A stretch of 63,408 nt of DNA, counting the filler, from Octopus bimaculoides (lineage: Eukaryota), in NCBI RefSeq assembly GCF_001194135.2. It is 6 parts of 5 records of this genome, joined end to end, with 100 filler letters (N's around TTAATTAATTAA, not from the genome) between each part and the next. Parts side by side here need not be neighbours in the genome. Positions count along the whole stretch, not along the records: positions 1 to 6,678 come from NC_068988.1; positions 6,779 to 17,768 come from NC_068983.1; 4 more parts are not named here. One strand, 5' to 3'. The notes beneath the pieces were generated by a model. It was not told where the DNA came from. It was given only the letters and a program-made list of their open reading frames with translations, and did not search any database. Below, piece by piece: positions 1 to 13,863 of the stretch. The position numbers and the translations under genes are program-made. Every line of letters begins with the position of its first letter. The first letter of the stretch is position 1.

Positions 1-600
1 GAAATATAAAACCACCCTGCCAACTAAGATTCAACCTCCTATTGACCAGGAAGAGACAAGGGCAAAGCTAGCAGCCACTCAGGAACAAGCACAGAAATAT
101 TACAACAGACATGCACAATATTTACCTGAGATACTTGGAGGACAACATGTGCATACTCAAGATCCCATAACTAAAACATGGATCCCAGCACAGGTTGTCA
201 GTAGAGCTGAAACTCCAAGATCGTACTTTATAGAAACTGAATCTGGTAGGCTGCTGAGACGTAACAGGGCCCACATCCGCCCAACACCAAAGCTATCGAG
301 GATAGCACGCGCAATACCTGCAGCATCAGTGACAACACCAACAAGAACCACAACACGCACAGCAGATGACGGCACACACAGAATCCGTGTTTCCACAGGA
401 TCATCACCCCCAACGGGTACCAACCACCCATCAGCAGCCCAACAACACACCTCAGACACCAGTGCAGAGCACAAGATCCACCAGATGGAGATCGAACATT
501 TTACCACCGATTCGATACCGTTAAGAGAGAAGGAAAATAAAACAACTACTTCTGCTAGATTAGGAAGCAGAAAACCATGTGTGTGGGCAAAATAATCCCA
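1..600 (+). mobile_element. Ty3/Gypsy retrotransposon, 3' end of pol (integrase C-terminal tail)
   Basis: ORF 149-595 contains WIPAQVVSRAETPRSYFIETESGRLLRRNRAHIRP, typical of Gypsy integrase C-termini; it is followed by a polypurine tract and an LTR. Confidence 0.7.
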
Positions 601-679
601 CGGTTTCTGCTGCAGGATTGCCACCCTTGCGCTGACAATCCATTAGTGTAAGGGAGATTACTTCTATAAGAAGAAGGGA

Positions 680-876
680 TGTTATATGTTCATATCTATG
701 TGCATGCATAGGTATACGTATATATGAATACATCTTCACTAGCAGTACTATTTTGTTAAGCGCATCCACTAAGTAGTATGAACTGTGTTTAAGGCAGATA
801 CGCACAGCGTGTATCACTCCGCTATAGACACTGTTTGTAAACATGTCAAATAAAGTAAACACATAGAAACATAACA
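680..876 (+). repeat. 3' LTR of the Gypsy element
   Basis: Polypurine tract AAGAAGAAGGGA (668-679) directly precedes TGTTAT...ATAACA inverted ends; AATAAA lies near the end. Confidence 0.7.
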
Positions 877-949
877 ATGCCTTCGGTGAGTTGTTTATTA
901 TCCCATAAAGAACAAAAGAATACATAACACAAGTGACATACATGAGAAT

Positions 950-2997
950 CATCTCCAGCACTTGTCTCAGCGTCTTCGCGCCTACGGTGTGCGTATTAAT
1001 CCTGATAAGTGTGTTTTCGGGCAATCTTCTCTTGAATTTCTGGGACATCATATTGATTCGAGTGGCATCGAACCTCTCTCGTCCAAAGTCGATGCAATTC
1101 AACGCATTGCACCTCCTTCTTTGCGTCAGTTGGTCCATTTTCTAGGTATGGTAAATTTCTTTTTTAAGTCAATCAAGAAGAAAATAGCATCTGTCCCTTT
1201 GCTTGCACATCCGGTTCCTGAGGCTTCGCTCTCTTTAACTGTGGATGCATCGGACATTGCGATTGGCGCTGTGCTGCAACACACAGTGGACAACCGAACT
1301 CAACCTTTGGCTTTCTTTTCTCGCCAATTACAACCAGCTGAGCGGCGATACAGTACGTTTGATCATGAGCTCTTGGCGATCTATCTGTCGGTTCGTCATT
1401 TCCAGCATCAGCTCGAAGGTCGAGATTTTATGATCTATACTCATCACAAGCCTCTTACGTTTGCCCTATCGTCTAAGATGGACAAACTCTCGCCTCGTGC
1501 CTTCTGTCACTTGCATTTTATTTCACAGTTTACCAGTGACATTTGTCACATACCTGTCAAAGAGAACATCCCTGCTGACACTCTTTCTCGTCTTCCAGTC
1601 TGCTCTCTTTCATCTCCTGATTTAATTGCCATTTCGCAGGACCAATCAGCTTTGGCGAAGTTAGATTTAACTTCGCCCAAATTCTCCTGTAACCAGTTTG
1701 CCTATCTTCCGCTTCCGTCGGCTGAAGGCACTATTCTTTGTGACATATCTACTGGTTCTCCCTGGCCACTCGTGCCTGAGAATCACCAACGCTCAGTGCT
1801 TGAGGCCCTGCATTCCTTGTCGCATCTGAGCATCACTGCTACACAGAAGCTTATCACTGCTCGTTTCTTTTTCTGGCCAAATATGCGTCGCATGATTACT
1901 TCTTGGACACACACTTGTCCCAAGTGCCAGTGTTTCAAGGTCCAATGGCACATTTATGCTCTGCTTGGACAGTTTTCTCCTCCGGAGGCCCATTTTTGCC
2001 ATGTCCACATTGATCTGGTTGGACCATGAACAGTGAGTCGCAGGTTCTCTTATGCCTTGACCTGTGTCGATCGTTTCTCCCATTAGCCAGAAGCCATTCC
2101 AATAGCAGACATTTCTGCCGAATCTGTTGCTCAAGCTTTTGTTTCTAACTGGATTTCCCGCTTCGGAGTTCCGTCCAGATTAACTACTGATTGCGGACGC
2201 CAGTTTGAAGCTTCTTTATTTCGTGAATTGTCACGAATTCTGAGTATGCATCACATTCGCACGACCAGTTACAATCCAGCTTCCAACGGGATGGTCGAAT
2301 GGTTTCATATACAGCTCAAGGCCGCTCTACGTGCCTCTCCAGATCCACAGTCTTGGACTGAGTTTCTGCCAATTGTGCTTCTTGGCTGTCAAGGCAGACC
2401 ACACTAGCATTACCTGGTACGATGTTGGTGCCAGACATTTCACAGCTTCATGATCCGGCATCGTATGTCACCAGACTATGCACCTATTTTTCTAACCTTC
2501 CACCCATGGGTTCCCAGGACCAGTCTCCACCCTCTAATGTCCCATTAGATATTGACTCTTGGTCACATGTTTTTTGTTCTGGATGACACTGTGAAGGGAC
2601 CTCTCGTTTCTCCTTACAAAGGACCTTTTCGTGTGCTTTCTCGCACACCCAAAGTTTTACGATCGATATGAATGGTCGTATGGAGACCGTTTCTGTAGAT
2701 CGGCTTAAAAGGGCATATTTTGAGGTGTCCACATCTTTTGATGACACCGCTGCCACGCCCACCTTTGAACCTACATGTGCACCTTTGACAACACCATCAC
2801 CTAAACATGCATCTTTGACAACATCACCTACACATGCACCTTTGACAACACCATCACCTACACATGCACCTTTGACAACACCATCACCTACACCACCACC
2901 TTCGTCGTTGCAACCTGCCTCGAGCAGACCCTGTGTCACCAGGACTGGCCAAACTGTTCACTGGCCCAAGAAACTTGCAAAGATTATTTATATTTAA
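950..2997 (+). mobile_element. Second, degenerate Ty3/Gypsy pol (RT C-terminus, RNase H, integrase)
   Basis: INPDKCVFGQSSLEFLGH, TVDASDIAIGAVLQ, YSTFDHELLAIY, HHKPL, FWPNMRRMITSWTHTCPKCQ and HVHIDLVGP motifs, with stops and frameshifts downstream. Confidence 0.9.
2770..2900 (+). repeat. ~30-bp minisatellite inside the Gypsy tail (TPSPTHAPLT repeats)
   Basis: Repeated catgcacctttgacaacaccatcacctaca units. Confidence 0.8.
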
Positions 2998-3234
2998 CAA
3001 TCCCTTTTGTGCTTCTTGTGACAGACAGGTGTTCAATTGTGTACTGGACAGTTTCAATGCTTTGCTATTGAGCATTTTGTAAAAAAAATTTTGTGCATGC
3101 TCATTTATATTGTAATTATTTTCTTTTGACTTGTCATATTTTGTGCCACATCTCGTGGGTGATCGGTAGCCATCTTGCTTCTGGTGCCACCACAATCTTT
3201 CTATTTTCGTGCTTCCGCACTCGAGGGGGAACCT

Positions 3235-3505
3235 TGTAGTGACGCATGGTTCTAGACGCCATGTTGGAACTTTCATCTGTGCATGCACCATGATTAGAGC
3301 CTTCTGAAGACCTGTTGGAAGCCCCTTATGTGCATGCGCAATCATCAGCAGCAGCTAGGGTTCGCCACCATTCACTCTCTTCGATCACGGCTTCCGACTG
3401 GGCAGGAGGACACAACTTAGAGCAGCTCTGTCGAGGATGGGACCCTTAATGGCAAGCAGCACCACAAGTCTGTAATAATGCCTTATTGCCTTGATGCCTA
3501 ACTAC
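3235..3505 (+). repeat. Putative 3' LTR of the second Gypsy element
   Basis: PPT-like GAGGGGGA precedes TGTAGT; possible ACTAC end near 3505. The right boundary is uncertain. Confidence 0.45.
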
Positions 3506-3605
3506 CAACCCTGCTGCTTCTTCACCTAGGGTTCATGGCTACCCTACCGCTAACCAGAGATGGAATATTTATTCAGACAAAATAAATTATTATTGTTATT
3601 TGTTC

Positions 3606-4690
3606 AGAGAGATCTTGTTCTCGCCTTTTCCTTCCATGAACTATGTAAGGAATTGTGAAGCACCCAGCAAGTGCTAATCACTTTTCCTACAATACAAAAG
3701 CTTATTGACTTAACCATGGGTTCATTCTCTAGAAACACTTGACAGAAAACATTCAGAGCATTGATTGGTTGCTCAAATTTTTCTAAAAGTAGATCATGAA
3801 TTTCTGCTGACCTATCTGAGAACCAGTCACTGGTCTTATGTGATTTAAATCCAAATGATAAACTTGTAGCCTGAAATACTTTTGTTTTGAAATCTTCCCA
3901 TAGATTGTTTGGGTCAAGTTTGATACTTTCTATAGCATCGTGGAATCTTTGCAAGTTGCATGATAATTTAGAGTTTGCAACATTTAACTTTTTGGGTACC
4001 TTAGGACTAGACTGTCGATTTTTAGGCATTATCGAAAAATCTATTTTTCCACACACTAGATGATGGTCAGTCCAGCTCTCTGCCCGTCTCATGGCCTGAA
4101 CACTAGAAACGTCTTTCATATCACATTTTCTGATCAGAATATAATCTATGAGATGCCAGTGCTTAGATCTTGGGTGCATCCAGGTGATTTTTTATTTACT
4201 TTTCTGCTTAAACAGAGTGTTGGTGACAACCAGATTATTCTCAGTACAAAACATTAATAGGGCTACTCCATTTTTATTACACTTTCCAATACCATGTCGA
4301 CCTAAAACAGGCCATGAAACATAGTCCTTTCCAACTCTTGCGCTGAAATTTCCCAATATGACCAGCTAGCCATAAATTGTTACTTTCCCCAATAATTGTG
4401 CTAAATCGTCATAAAATTTAATCAGAATGGGACATTGTTCGTACATAAATACTGACAACGGTAAGAAACCTACCTTTTATCAGTTTAATATGGCATAATA
4501 TGATCTGTTCAGAAGTTAGAAGTTCTGCAATGGAGGATACTAATATATTCTTGAGAGCAAACCCAACACCAGATTCTCTACGCTGACCCTTAGGTAGGCC
4601 TTTCCAAAAGATAGTATATCCATAAGTAGGTTCATTTACTTGACCCTCACCAGAGAGATGAGTTTCAGAGAGCGCAACTACAAGGGAATA
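3606..4690 (-). mobile_element. RTE-clade LINE, endonuclease-region remnant
   Basis: WMHPRSKHWHLIDYILIR, AESWTDHHLV, GVGFA and LVVTNTLFKQK motifs of the APE endonuclease; interrupted by stops. Confidence 0.75.
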
Positions 4691-4924
4691 TTTCTTAAGC
4701 TCACATGCAATAAGTGCAGTATGCCTTTCTGGGGATAAGATGATTATATCGACTCTGGTACTTGAGTGATACTTATTCTATTGACTTTGAAAGGATGAAA
4801 TGCAAAGTCGACCTGGGTGAAAGTTGAACTCAATGAGAAGATGAACGAAATGCCACTAAACATTTTGCCTTGCAAGCAAACAGTTCTGCCATCTCACCAC
4901 CTTGTATGTTTTATAAATATTGGT

Positions 4925-5110
4925 TACAAATTTTGGCACAAGACCAGCCGTTTCGGGGACGGGGTAAGTTGATACTTATTTTATCAACCCTGAAAGGATG
5001 AAAGGCAAAGTGGACCTTGGCAGAATTTGAACTCAGAACATAAAGATGGATGAAATACCACTAAGCATTTAGTTCAGCATCCTAAAAATGTTGCCAGCTC
5101 ACTGCCATCA
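4925..5110 (-). mobile_element. tRNA-derived SINE family B (degenerate second copy at ~4730-4900)
   Basis: Minus strand shows gagctggca...gagttcaaattc (A/B-box-like); similar copies at 39935-40110, 41275-41560 and 60715-60930. Confidence 0.7.
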
Positions 5111-5931
5111 GCCAGAATAAATATTGCAAAGCATTCTACACAGCACACAAATGATTCAGCCAATCAAATGCCCAGATAACATGAAAGTAAGTCGTGTTTC
5201 AATTTCTATTATCCTAACGTTCTCCCTGATTTGGACACCAAACCTAGATGATAATGAATGTAAAATTTAATAATTGTACAATAAAAGGAGCTACCTTCAG
5301 TCATTAAATATACTTTCATTTCTTTTCTGAAAGAAAAACTCCACTCAATATGTTTGAATTCATCACTCCGTGAGGTACCACACGTTTGCTGCTTTTGCGA
5401 ACAAAAAAATTGATTTTCACCGAAAAAATTCAAATGCCAGTTCCTCGGACACTGTTTAGATGGTCTTGTATATTTTAGGAGGTTTATTGATCTAAGAAAC
5501 AAACAGCTAAAGATCCTTTAGAAGAATTAAATAATTGGTTATGAGAAAATTGGTAGTCTTTAAAAGAATTATGTAACTGTGAATGAAAGAACTGGCAGTT
5601 TTTAGAAGAAGTGTATACTTAAAGATGGGTGAACTAGTTAATTTTAGAAGAATTATACATTTGGCAGTGGTTGAACTGGCAGTTTGTAGAAGAAATATAG
5701 AGTTGAAGATAATAAAATTGGTAGCTTTTAGAAAACTTGTATAGTTAGAGATGACAAAACTGGTGATTTTTTGAAGAATTATATAGTTTCAAATGTTAGA
5801 ACTGGTAGTTTTTTTTTTAGAATAAATATAGAATTGGTAGTTTTTAGAAAACTGGTTGGAGATGAGAGAACTGGTGGTTTTTACAAGAATTGTACAGTTG
5901 GATGTGAGAAAACCAGTTGTTTTTAGAAAAA

Positions 5932-6110
5932 TTATGCTGGAGCACCGCCTTTAGTCGAGCAAATCAACCCCAGGACTTATTCTTTAGAAGCCTAGTACTT
6001 ATTCTATCGGTCTCTTTTTGCCGAACCGCTAAGTTACGGAGACGTAAACACACCAGCATCGGTTGTCAAGTGATGTTGGGGGGACAAACACAAACACACA
6101 TACACACACA

Positions 6111-6150
<40 letters not shown>

Positions 6151-6288
6151 TATATACGACGGGCTTCTTTCAGTTTCCGTCTACCAAATCCACTCACAAG
6201 GCTTTGGTCAGCCCGAGGCTATAGTAGAAGACACTCGCCCAAGGTGCCATGCAGTGGGACTGAACCCGGAACCATGGGATTTGTATTT
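5932..6288 (-). mobile_element. tRNA-derived SINE family A with internal (TA/CA)n microsatellite
   Basis: Head ...ggttcagtcccactgc...ggcaccttgggc, internal TA/CA run, tail ...ctccagcat; the same structure recurs many times in the window. Confidence 0.85.
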
Positions 6289-6376
6289 TAATGAGATTTT
6301 GTTTTATGTATGTATCACATACATACGTGTTGTATTCCAATAGATATTAAAATCTCATTAAAAATGAATGTATGTA

Positions 6377-6600
6377 GGCACAGGTGTGGTTATATAGTAA
6401 GAAGCTTGCTTCCCAACCACATGATCCTGGGTTCAGTCCCACTGCATGGCACCTTGGGCAAATGTCTTCTACCATAGTCTCAGACTGACCAAAACCTTGT
6501 GAATGGATTTGGTAGATGAAAACTGAAAGAAGCTTGTCGTGTATATACATATATATATATATAATACAAAAAATATATATGCATGTATACACACATATAT
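6377..6600 (+). mobile_element. SINE family A, head
   Basis: ggcacaggtgtggtt...gggttcagtcccactgcatggcaccttgggcaa. Confidence 0.8.
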
Positions 6601-6778
6601 GTATATACTTTCATCTACATGTGTATATAGATGCATATCAGGGTACAGGACGTTAGAACACATAGGAAAACAGAAAGCNNNNNNNNNNNNNNNNNNNNNN
6701 NNNNNNNNNNNNNNNNNNNNNNTTAATTAATTAANNNNNNNNNNNNNNNNNNNNNNNNNNNNNNNNNNNNNNNNNNNN

Positions 6779-6990
6779 GATGTACAGAGAATGGCAGTGA
6801 GAGCAGGAGATGCAATAGATGATGTTGGTAGAAGTGCAGGTGAAGGAGTCGGTGAGGCGAAAGGGTCGGTGATGGGTGCTGGTGAGGAGGGTGGTGTTGG
6901 AGAGGTAAGGGCAAGTGCGGCAGCGTGGGCAGGAGCAAGGGAACGAGCCAGGTTGGGAGGTTGGGTTGGGGAAACTCACACACGCACTTA
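6779..6990 (-). mobile_element. Penelope-like element, GIY-YIG endonuclease fragment
   Basis: PCSCPRCRTCPYL...FTCTSTNIIYCISCSHCHSLYI: the Cys motif followed by the first GIY-YIG block. Confidence 0.8.
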
Positions 6991-7342
6991 TAGTTGAAAC
7001 ATTATCTTACTCGTTATGATATATAACTGGTGAAGATATTTTCTGCCGGTTTCGCGCTCTCTATGTACTTAGACAATATTGACGGCATGAAACTTACTGG
7101 TCGGTAGTATAAAAACCTTTCTGTACTGCAGATGCCAATACACGTTGAGTGACTCAATGTTGATAAATACAAATGCAACGCAACTTGGCGAAATATTCGG
7201 AAAGTATTATAAACTTTTCCCGAGACAAAATAATAATTATTTACTATGCATTGATGTTAAGATTTGAGTGTATAAATGTAGTAGCCTACTTCAGAAATGG
7301 ACAGGACTACATTAAACGAATTTTCATTAATAACAGTAGCAT

Positions 7343-7559
7343 CCAAAGGGATGCTGAAAATTTCCTGGCTTTGGGTAAAGTAAGATGCTAGAGAATCAGT
7401 TAATTATGATTTTACTCAACATAATTCCCCTCTCAGATTTACACACTTACTGCAGTGGTAATTCAGTTTTTCTACGGCTTGTAAAACAACTGGAATGATG
7501 TCCAACCAGGACTTTCGTGATACCTTTAAAGCCAGGAACTTTTTGAGTACCCTCACGTA
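7343..7559. mobile_element. Mariner-type MITE
   Basis: Imperfect TIRs atgctgaaaatttcctggcttt / aaagccaggaactttttgagta ending CGTA; a related copy is at 54228-54443. Confidence 0.65.
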
Positions 7560-7567
7560 TATGAATG

Positions 7568-9240
7568 CTTTTACTCTTTTATACCTTTCAGCCCAAAGTT
7601 TGTGGGCATCCTGGAGCGTCGCCAGTTAATCACCTTTTCAATGGTCATTCTTATGCGACTGGCTTTCAGTGAAGGTGGTAGTTGGACACTGCCCCCCGTT
7701 TTGAAGTTTTTGCTACCTTGGGCAGCAGGAGCTCAATTTTCTTGAGAATATATAATGTAGAATGCTCGTGGCAAGATGTTAAATAGCCGTGCGCACTTGA
7801 ATCCGAAGCCATTGCAATACATAGACATCACTCTAGACGGCGTGGCTGTAATCTTTGGAACAGTGCAGTGATGTTCATTTTTGGGCGGCTATAGCTCCGA
7901 TGGCAACCCCTTTAGTATCCTACATACGTATTTCACTGCTTTCTCTCCCATCTTCGCTATAGGCAGTAGAGTTGTACTTCTTTCAGCGTCTCCCAGCAGC
8001 TCAGGTGTTCCAGTGATGGAATCTTTATGGTGTAGCACCGGTGAACTCTCTCAAGCTCCGCTTTAAAGTTGACACTGTAGGGTGATACAGTTGTTAACGG
8101 TAATCCAGACGGCTGAGGTAAAATGTCCTCTATAGTCCTGAAATTCCTGATAATCCATCTGGCCATTCACCTGTACATTGCCACTCTCTTGATGATATGC
8201 ACGTGAAACGTGGCGTTGTTGCTTATGTCAATCCCCGGATCACGCTCTGAACTTGACACTTAGAAAGCCGCATCATTTGTATCATTTCTTAAGCCCATTT
8301 ACATACGGCATCAAAGTCTTTCTGCAGAAAACTAGAATCGAAATGTCCCTTGACTGCTTGTACTACTTTTGTGTCGTCGGCATAGCTTAGTAAGTGTGTG
8401 TGTCTATCCGATATTATTTTGGAAAGAATTCCCATAAACCAGAGCAGTCCCAAAATAACCCCTTGGGGCACTCCACTCTCTGTTGCTCTTTCCATGGCTT
8501 CTACAACCTGGCTTCTGTCTTTAAAGAAATCATGTAACCAGTTTTCCAATTTTCCAACTAAGCTGCGTTTCCGTAGCTTGTGATATATCATTGCATGATC
8601 GACTTTATCAAAGGCGTTTGTAAAATCACATCTACCTTTCAACGATTCATTAGTTGTTTCAACACCCAAATATAATGATGAAGAAGCAGTGTGAGGCAGC
8701 TTCTTCCTGAGTGGAAGCCATGCTAGATGTCAAGGAGCTACTCATTCGTGCTCAGCTTCCCCTCGACAATGCCTTCCATGATTTTGTTAGAGATGCAGGT
8801 CTATGTTGCCAACCGCTCTGCTACCACCCTTATAGATAGGACGCATTATCCGATCTTTAACTTTAAGGAAGCTTTCGAAGAGGAACTGTAGCGGTCTTGC
8901 TAGAGGCCCCTTTACATTTCTTTACGAGGCTTTCTGGAAATCTGTCAGGGACTGGGGGTTGATGTTCTCTTCTTTTCATCGATGGCTCATATATTATCTC
9001 CGTTTCATCTACTTCGATGTAAACATTGACTGCCTTCTCTTCTTGTAGACCTGTTTTACCGAAAAACACATAAGGCATATCAGTTTACAAGTCTCTGAAC
9101 AGATTTGGGGAAACACTTTTGTATTGCACATCCAGTAATTCACTTATCCTCAGGCGGTCTTCAAATAGTGGCCAGTTCCAGTACAGTACAGAATTAGATT
9201 CTTTTACACATCTTTAGAAGACTTTAAAATTTGTCTTACA
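7568..9240 (-). mobile_element. CR1/L2-group LINE, RT and 3' end
   Basis: DFTNAFDKVDH, SGVPQGVILG and YADDTKV motifs; 3' tail ends in taaaagagtaaaag. Confidence 0.85.
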
Positions 9241-9970
9241 TCGTTTAAGGTCCTTGCTTCTTTCTCTGCCCTCTCCTTTTCATATATTTATTTATGATTT
9301 GTATATGAAATTAAAGTCATCAAGCAAAACGAATTAAAAATTTGTTTGCAGCGTATAAGATATTTTGTTTATTATTTACCACACATTGCCTATATTCACT
9401 CTGCAAAAACAACTGGGCAATGACATGGCGCTTCCAGTAATGTACAAAAATGTTATGTGATTCCACAGTTATATATTAGTATATAATTTAGTAACTTTAC
9501 TGTTACAATTTTATGGTTATATTACAAAATGAGCACGTGATTGTCATCATTTTCTTTGAAGATCGGTAGCGTATGGTTATAAAGTTTATGCGTTTATGTG
9601 CTACTATAATTTTATGATCTATATAATAAACTGCTTGTTCGTTCACTCGTTATGCTTTAGTTAGTTAGAGAGGTAGAAGTGGATTGAGTGAGAGAAAGAG
9701 AGTGTAAGTAGAGAAGGAAGTGAGTAAGAGATAGAAAAAAGTATGATGCCAAGTACATCGCGTGGTTTGTTGAAGGGAGAAGGGAAGAACGAGACAAAAA
9801 CAACAGTGAGAGAAAAGAGGAGGAAGAAGTGTCAATGACTTGTAGAGCGGGGAGGGAAAGGTAAAGAGAAATATATGTTTAAGATAGAATATTTAGTGAT
9901 GGGGTTAAAAAATGGCAGATAGAAAGAGGTGGACAGGGGAGAGGATTACATTGTGTACGTCTGTGAGAGA

Positions 9971-10026
<56 letters not shown>

Positions 10027-10429
10027 AGAGAGATTGAGTCAGATAGCGTTTATAATGTCAGAGTAGAGACACATCAACAGCAAGAAAACGTAGATATAAA
10101 CAAACATCTAGACTGAAGTGAAATGAAATGAGCTTTGTAACTGAAATCTATGATAACTATAATTGCGGTGGTATCGGTGTGTTCATAGTGAAAAGTATTT
10201 TCTTACTGAAATAAATCTATAATATTTTCCTACCTGTTCGATTACACTTTATTAAATTCGATCTAAAGTGGGATACAGTGCGTAAAGCCCAACCATACGC
10301 AAATGGCCAGTAAGTGTGTGGACTATGTTATATGGAAATATATGAAATATTGAAATATAGCGATAATCACAATCTAATTAATAGTAAATTAGATCTTAGA
10401 GCGTCATGTGTTCATAGGATTGCCTGTAC

Positions 10430-11700
10430 ATTTAAATACTTTAGAAGCAGCTAATTAATAATTATATAATGCTGTATTTATGGTGACATAACTTATTCGG
10501 GATGCCATATCATTCATAGCCTACTCTCTGTGATGTCGAAACCTATTTCATAATGCATTCTAGTGATCCTTCGTCCCTCTGATCTATAAACTTTTAATAA
10601 TTACAATATGTACTTACCCTTCCCAGTGGTGAATTTCTTCTATCATGGTTGATATATGATATATTTATTTCTTTAATGGATTCTTAAAATTTGCACCTGC
10701 CCTGAATATGAAATAAACTCTCTCTGATCTATTATTATTCTACCTCGATCATTTTCTTTAGATGTACTTTGGATATATCTTATAAACCCGTTTCCAAATG
10801 TAATTTTGTCTCTATTAAAAAAAGAATTGCTATATTTATATTTTATTTATTTTGCATTAACTATAATATTCCGGCTATAACTTTTTTATATACCAATACC
10901 ACTATAAAAAAACTTTTTAATTTTATTTCATCTCATATCCTTCCTTATATATTTTCATCTTTTTATACGTTCATATATTTTATAAATTTTTCTTGTATTT
11001 TATAATTTTAAAAATATTTTATATTTTGTATTTTATGCCTTTGTGTATCCTTTTATATATTTTCATGGATTTTATAGTTTATATTTCTATATATTTTTAA
11101 TTACGCATTATACCTTATAAATTCTTACATTTTATTTTTTAAATAATTTTATGCCTTTATATATCCTTTTATATACTTTGACAGCTCTTTTTATTGGGAG
11201 AATTTATACTTTTTTCGTAAAATTCACCAAATACTGTAATCTTATTTTATAATATTTTTTAATGATACATGATATTCATTCTGTGATTATAAGACTAAAT
11301 TTGTTTAAATCTTGTATCTCAATGTATTCCTTAATATATTTAATATCTCTAGTTTAATTACCCTGTACATTAGATCTCATTTTTTATTATATCATGGCTT
11401 TATGCACCCGTATTTGACGGAATGGTTTTAATACCAGTTTAATTGCATACTATAAGTATCTATTTATATTATAAATATTTGCGTTAAACCTTTACCATAT
11501 AATATTTTACCACGACATTTATGAAAATCTTAATATTTATCTTATATCTTAATATATCCCCTAACTAAAATTTTAAGTGTAACTTCTAGGCTCCATCTAT
11601 ATATTTAATTATATTTTACTTTAACATTATAAATATGCTAAGTTACAATGTGCTCCTTCCATTATTCTCTGAAATTATCTTCCATCCTAATTTCTAATAC
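10430..11700 (+). mobile_element. Possible ancient Penelope-like remnant
   Basis: Weak WLIYDIF and FLDV/ISYKP-like RT motifs followed by an extremely AT-rich stretch. Confidence 0.3.
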
Positions 11701-13509
11701 TTATTCCTTTAGTTTTCATTACCATGACGATCAAATATTATTAGCTCTTGCTGTCCTTGTTTTCTTCCAACTATCACCCCCTCCCCATCAGTCATTCCTA
11801 TTTTTTTCCACCCAAGCCTTACCCTTTAGTATAGACAAAACTGGATATAAGGTTCCAGTTCTTAGATAGTCTAGTAGCTTGTCATGATAATCATTAATTT
11901 ATCACCTTTGTCTAGAATACAGCTACAACTCCAAAGGATGTAATTTTGGATGATTGAAGACTACATTCCCCCTACTGTCTTCGAAGTGTAGGTAACTAGG
12001 TCACTACATTCCATTATTCCACCCCCACTTCTACTAACCTTCTACTAACCTCTAAATTCTAGTAGGTTAGATACTATGTAGACAATTTTCTAAACTCATT
12101 CTGCCAAAGATTTAGCAGCAAAATTAATGTAAATATTTGAGCTCCGTTGGTGATACGAATATATTAAAGCAATTGGTTTGTCCATTGTGTTTGAAGTCTA
12201 TCACATCGTTCATTCCGCTCCGTTCTCAAATTATTTCATTTCGAATATGATTTCGTAACGAGAATCCTAGCATATATATATTTACGAAAATTAGAGGGGA
12301 AGAGTAGGAGGATAGCAAAAGATGTAAAGATTCTTTAGCTAAAGCTCGATTCAACATTACAGGTAATTACGAATAACTGTGTTTAGTGATTGCTTTCAGC
12401 TGTTTTTTTTTTTTGAGAAATATTCCCTTTTATTTAAGTCATCCTTCAATTTAAGATATGAGTGATTCAATGCATGAAGTGTGAATAATTATTATTAGCT
12501 TACACAAAGTTTGAAACACTGTGTATATTTTCGAAATGTCCAGCGAGGAATGTGTCCTAATGCTTTTACGCAGAAAACCGTTGTGTACAACTACTGCAAC
12601 TTTCGAATACATTTTCATTTTGTATATCCCGCTGATACATTGCATTCTGCTTATGCATAATTTATATTCTTATGGAAAATTCCAAGTCTCTAAATTAAGC
12701 CTGAAATCCATGTCAACAGAGTGAAATAAGAATTGCAAACTAACACAATTCATACAAATTAAATGCTTCATAATCTTTACTATGGCACCTGTCATTTCCC
12801 AGTTCAGGTAACACCAGTGTTGACTTATTCTAAGAGATTAATAAAGCATTTATGCCTGTAGAATATTAAAGAGGTTTGAGTCGATGATATTCTATAACCT
12901 TACAATAGATAAAAATTGATGGTGCTAAAATCCCAAAAGGCTATTTGTAACTTTACGATGCTGTATTTGATGTTTGATTAAATTTGGTTGATCGCTGCAT
13001 ATATTCTTAGCATTCAAAAATAGTGTACTCCTTCGTTATGCATACATGGTTTTTCGACAAGCGTCGTATAGCTTGCATATTTCAAATAAATTTATTTAAA
13101 ATAGATCGATGGACTAGATAAAATTTCCCAATATATGCCATTAGAAAGAAGGCAGAATTGAAAGGGATAACCAATATACCGTTGAAACAAAAACAATATG
13201 AAATACATAACTATAAAATGACACACAGAGTTAAATAACACTCGTGAAAGAAAGTCTATATTGATGAATATTTTACAAATGTAAAGGAGTAATTCCAAAA
13301 TTATATTTAGAGCTACTTACATTGTTATACTGAGGTTATACATTTTGCTTGTAAAACATTTATAATTTTCATTATAGGTTTTGAAACTCTCTTTCGCCCA
13401 CCAACGTTATGTTATCAGATTGCAGAGCTACTAAGAATTTTCCTAACTCTACATAGTCAATAAATGAACTAAAATATACACACGTATGGACCTATTCATA
13501 GATAGTGCA

Positions 13510-13863
13510 CACTCCGTCGCTTACGACGACGAAGGTTCCAATTGATCCGATCAACGGAACAGCCTGCTCCTGAAATTAACGTACAAGTGGCTGAGCACTT
13601 CACAGACACATGTACCCTTAACATAGTTCTAGGGGACATTCAGCGTGTCACAGAGTGTAGGCACAACAGAAACAGGAAGTAAGAGTGAGAGAAAGTTGTG
13701 GTGGAAGAGTACAGCAGGGTTCGCCACCATCCCCTGCCAGAGTCTCGAGGAGCTTTAGATGTTTTCGCTCAATAAACACTCACAACGCCCGGTCTGGGAA
13801 TCGAAACCGTGATCCTATCACCGCGAGTCCGCTGTCCTAACCACTGGACCATTACGCCTCCAC
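13510..13863 (-). mobile_element. tRNA-derived SINE family C (young)
   Basis: gtggaggcgtaatggtccagtggttagg head; highly similar to copies at 26126, 37102 and 43559. Confidence 0.9.

Noticed and set aside
6723-6734. TTAATTAATTAA inside N runs (also ~17813, ~33519, ~54488, ~61729)
   Set aside because: An identical six-frame-stop linker in the middle of fixed-length gaps is a scaffolding artefact, not biology.
13092-13298. RYIGYPFQF spacing resembling TY-hhhhh-QF
   Set aside because: Wrong residues, no acceptor, and no preceding TM7a pattern.
13510-13863. tRNA-like sequences
   Set aside because: These are SINE heads with A/B boxes but no complete cloverleaf; not tRNA genes.
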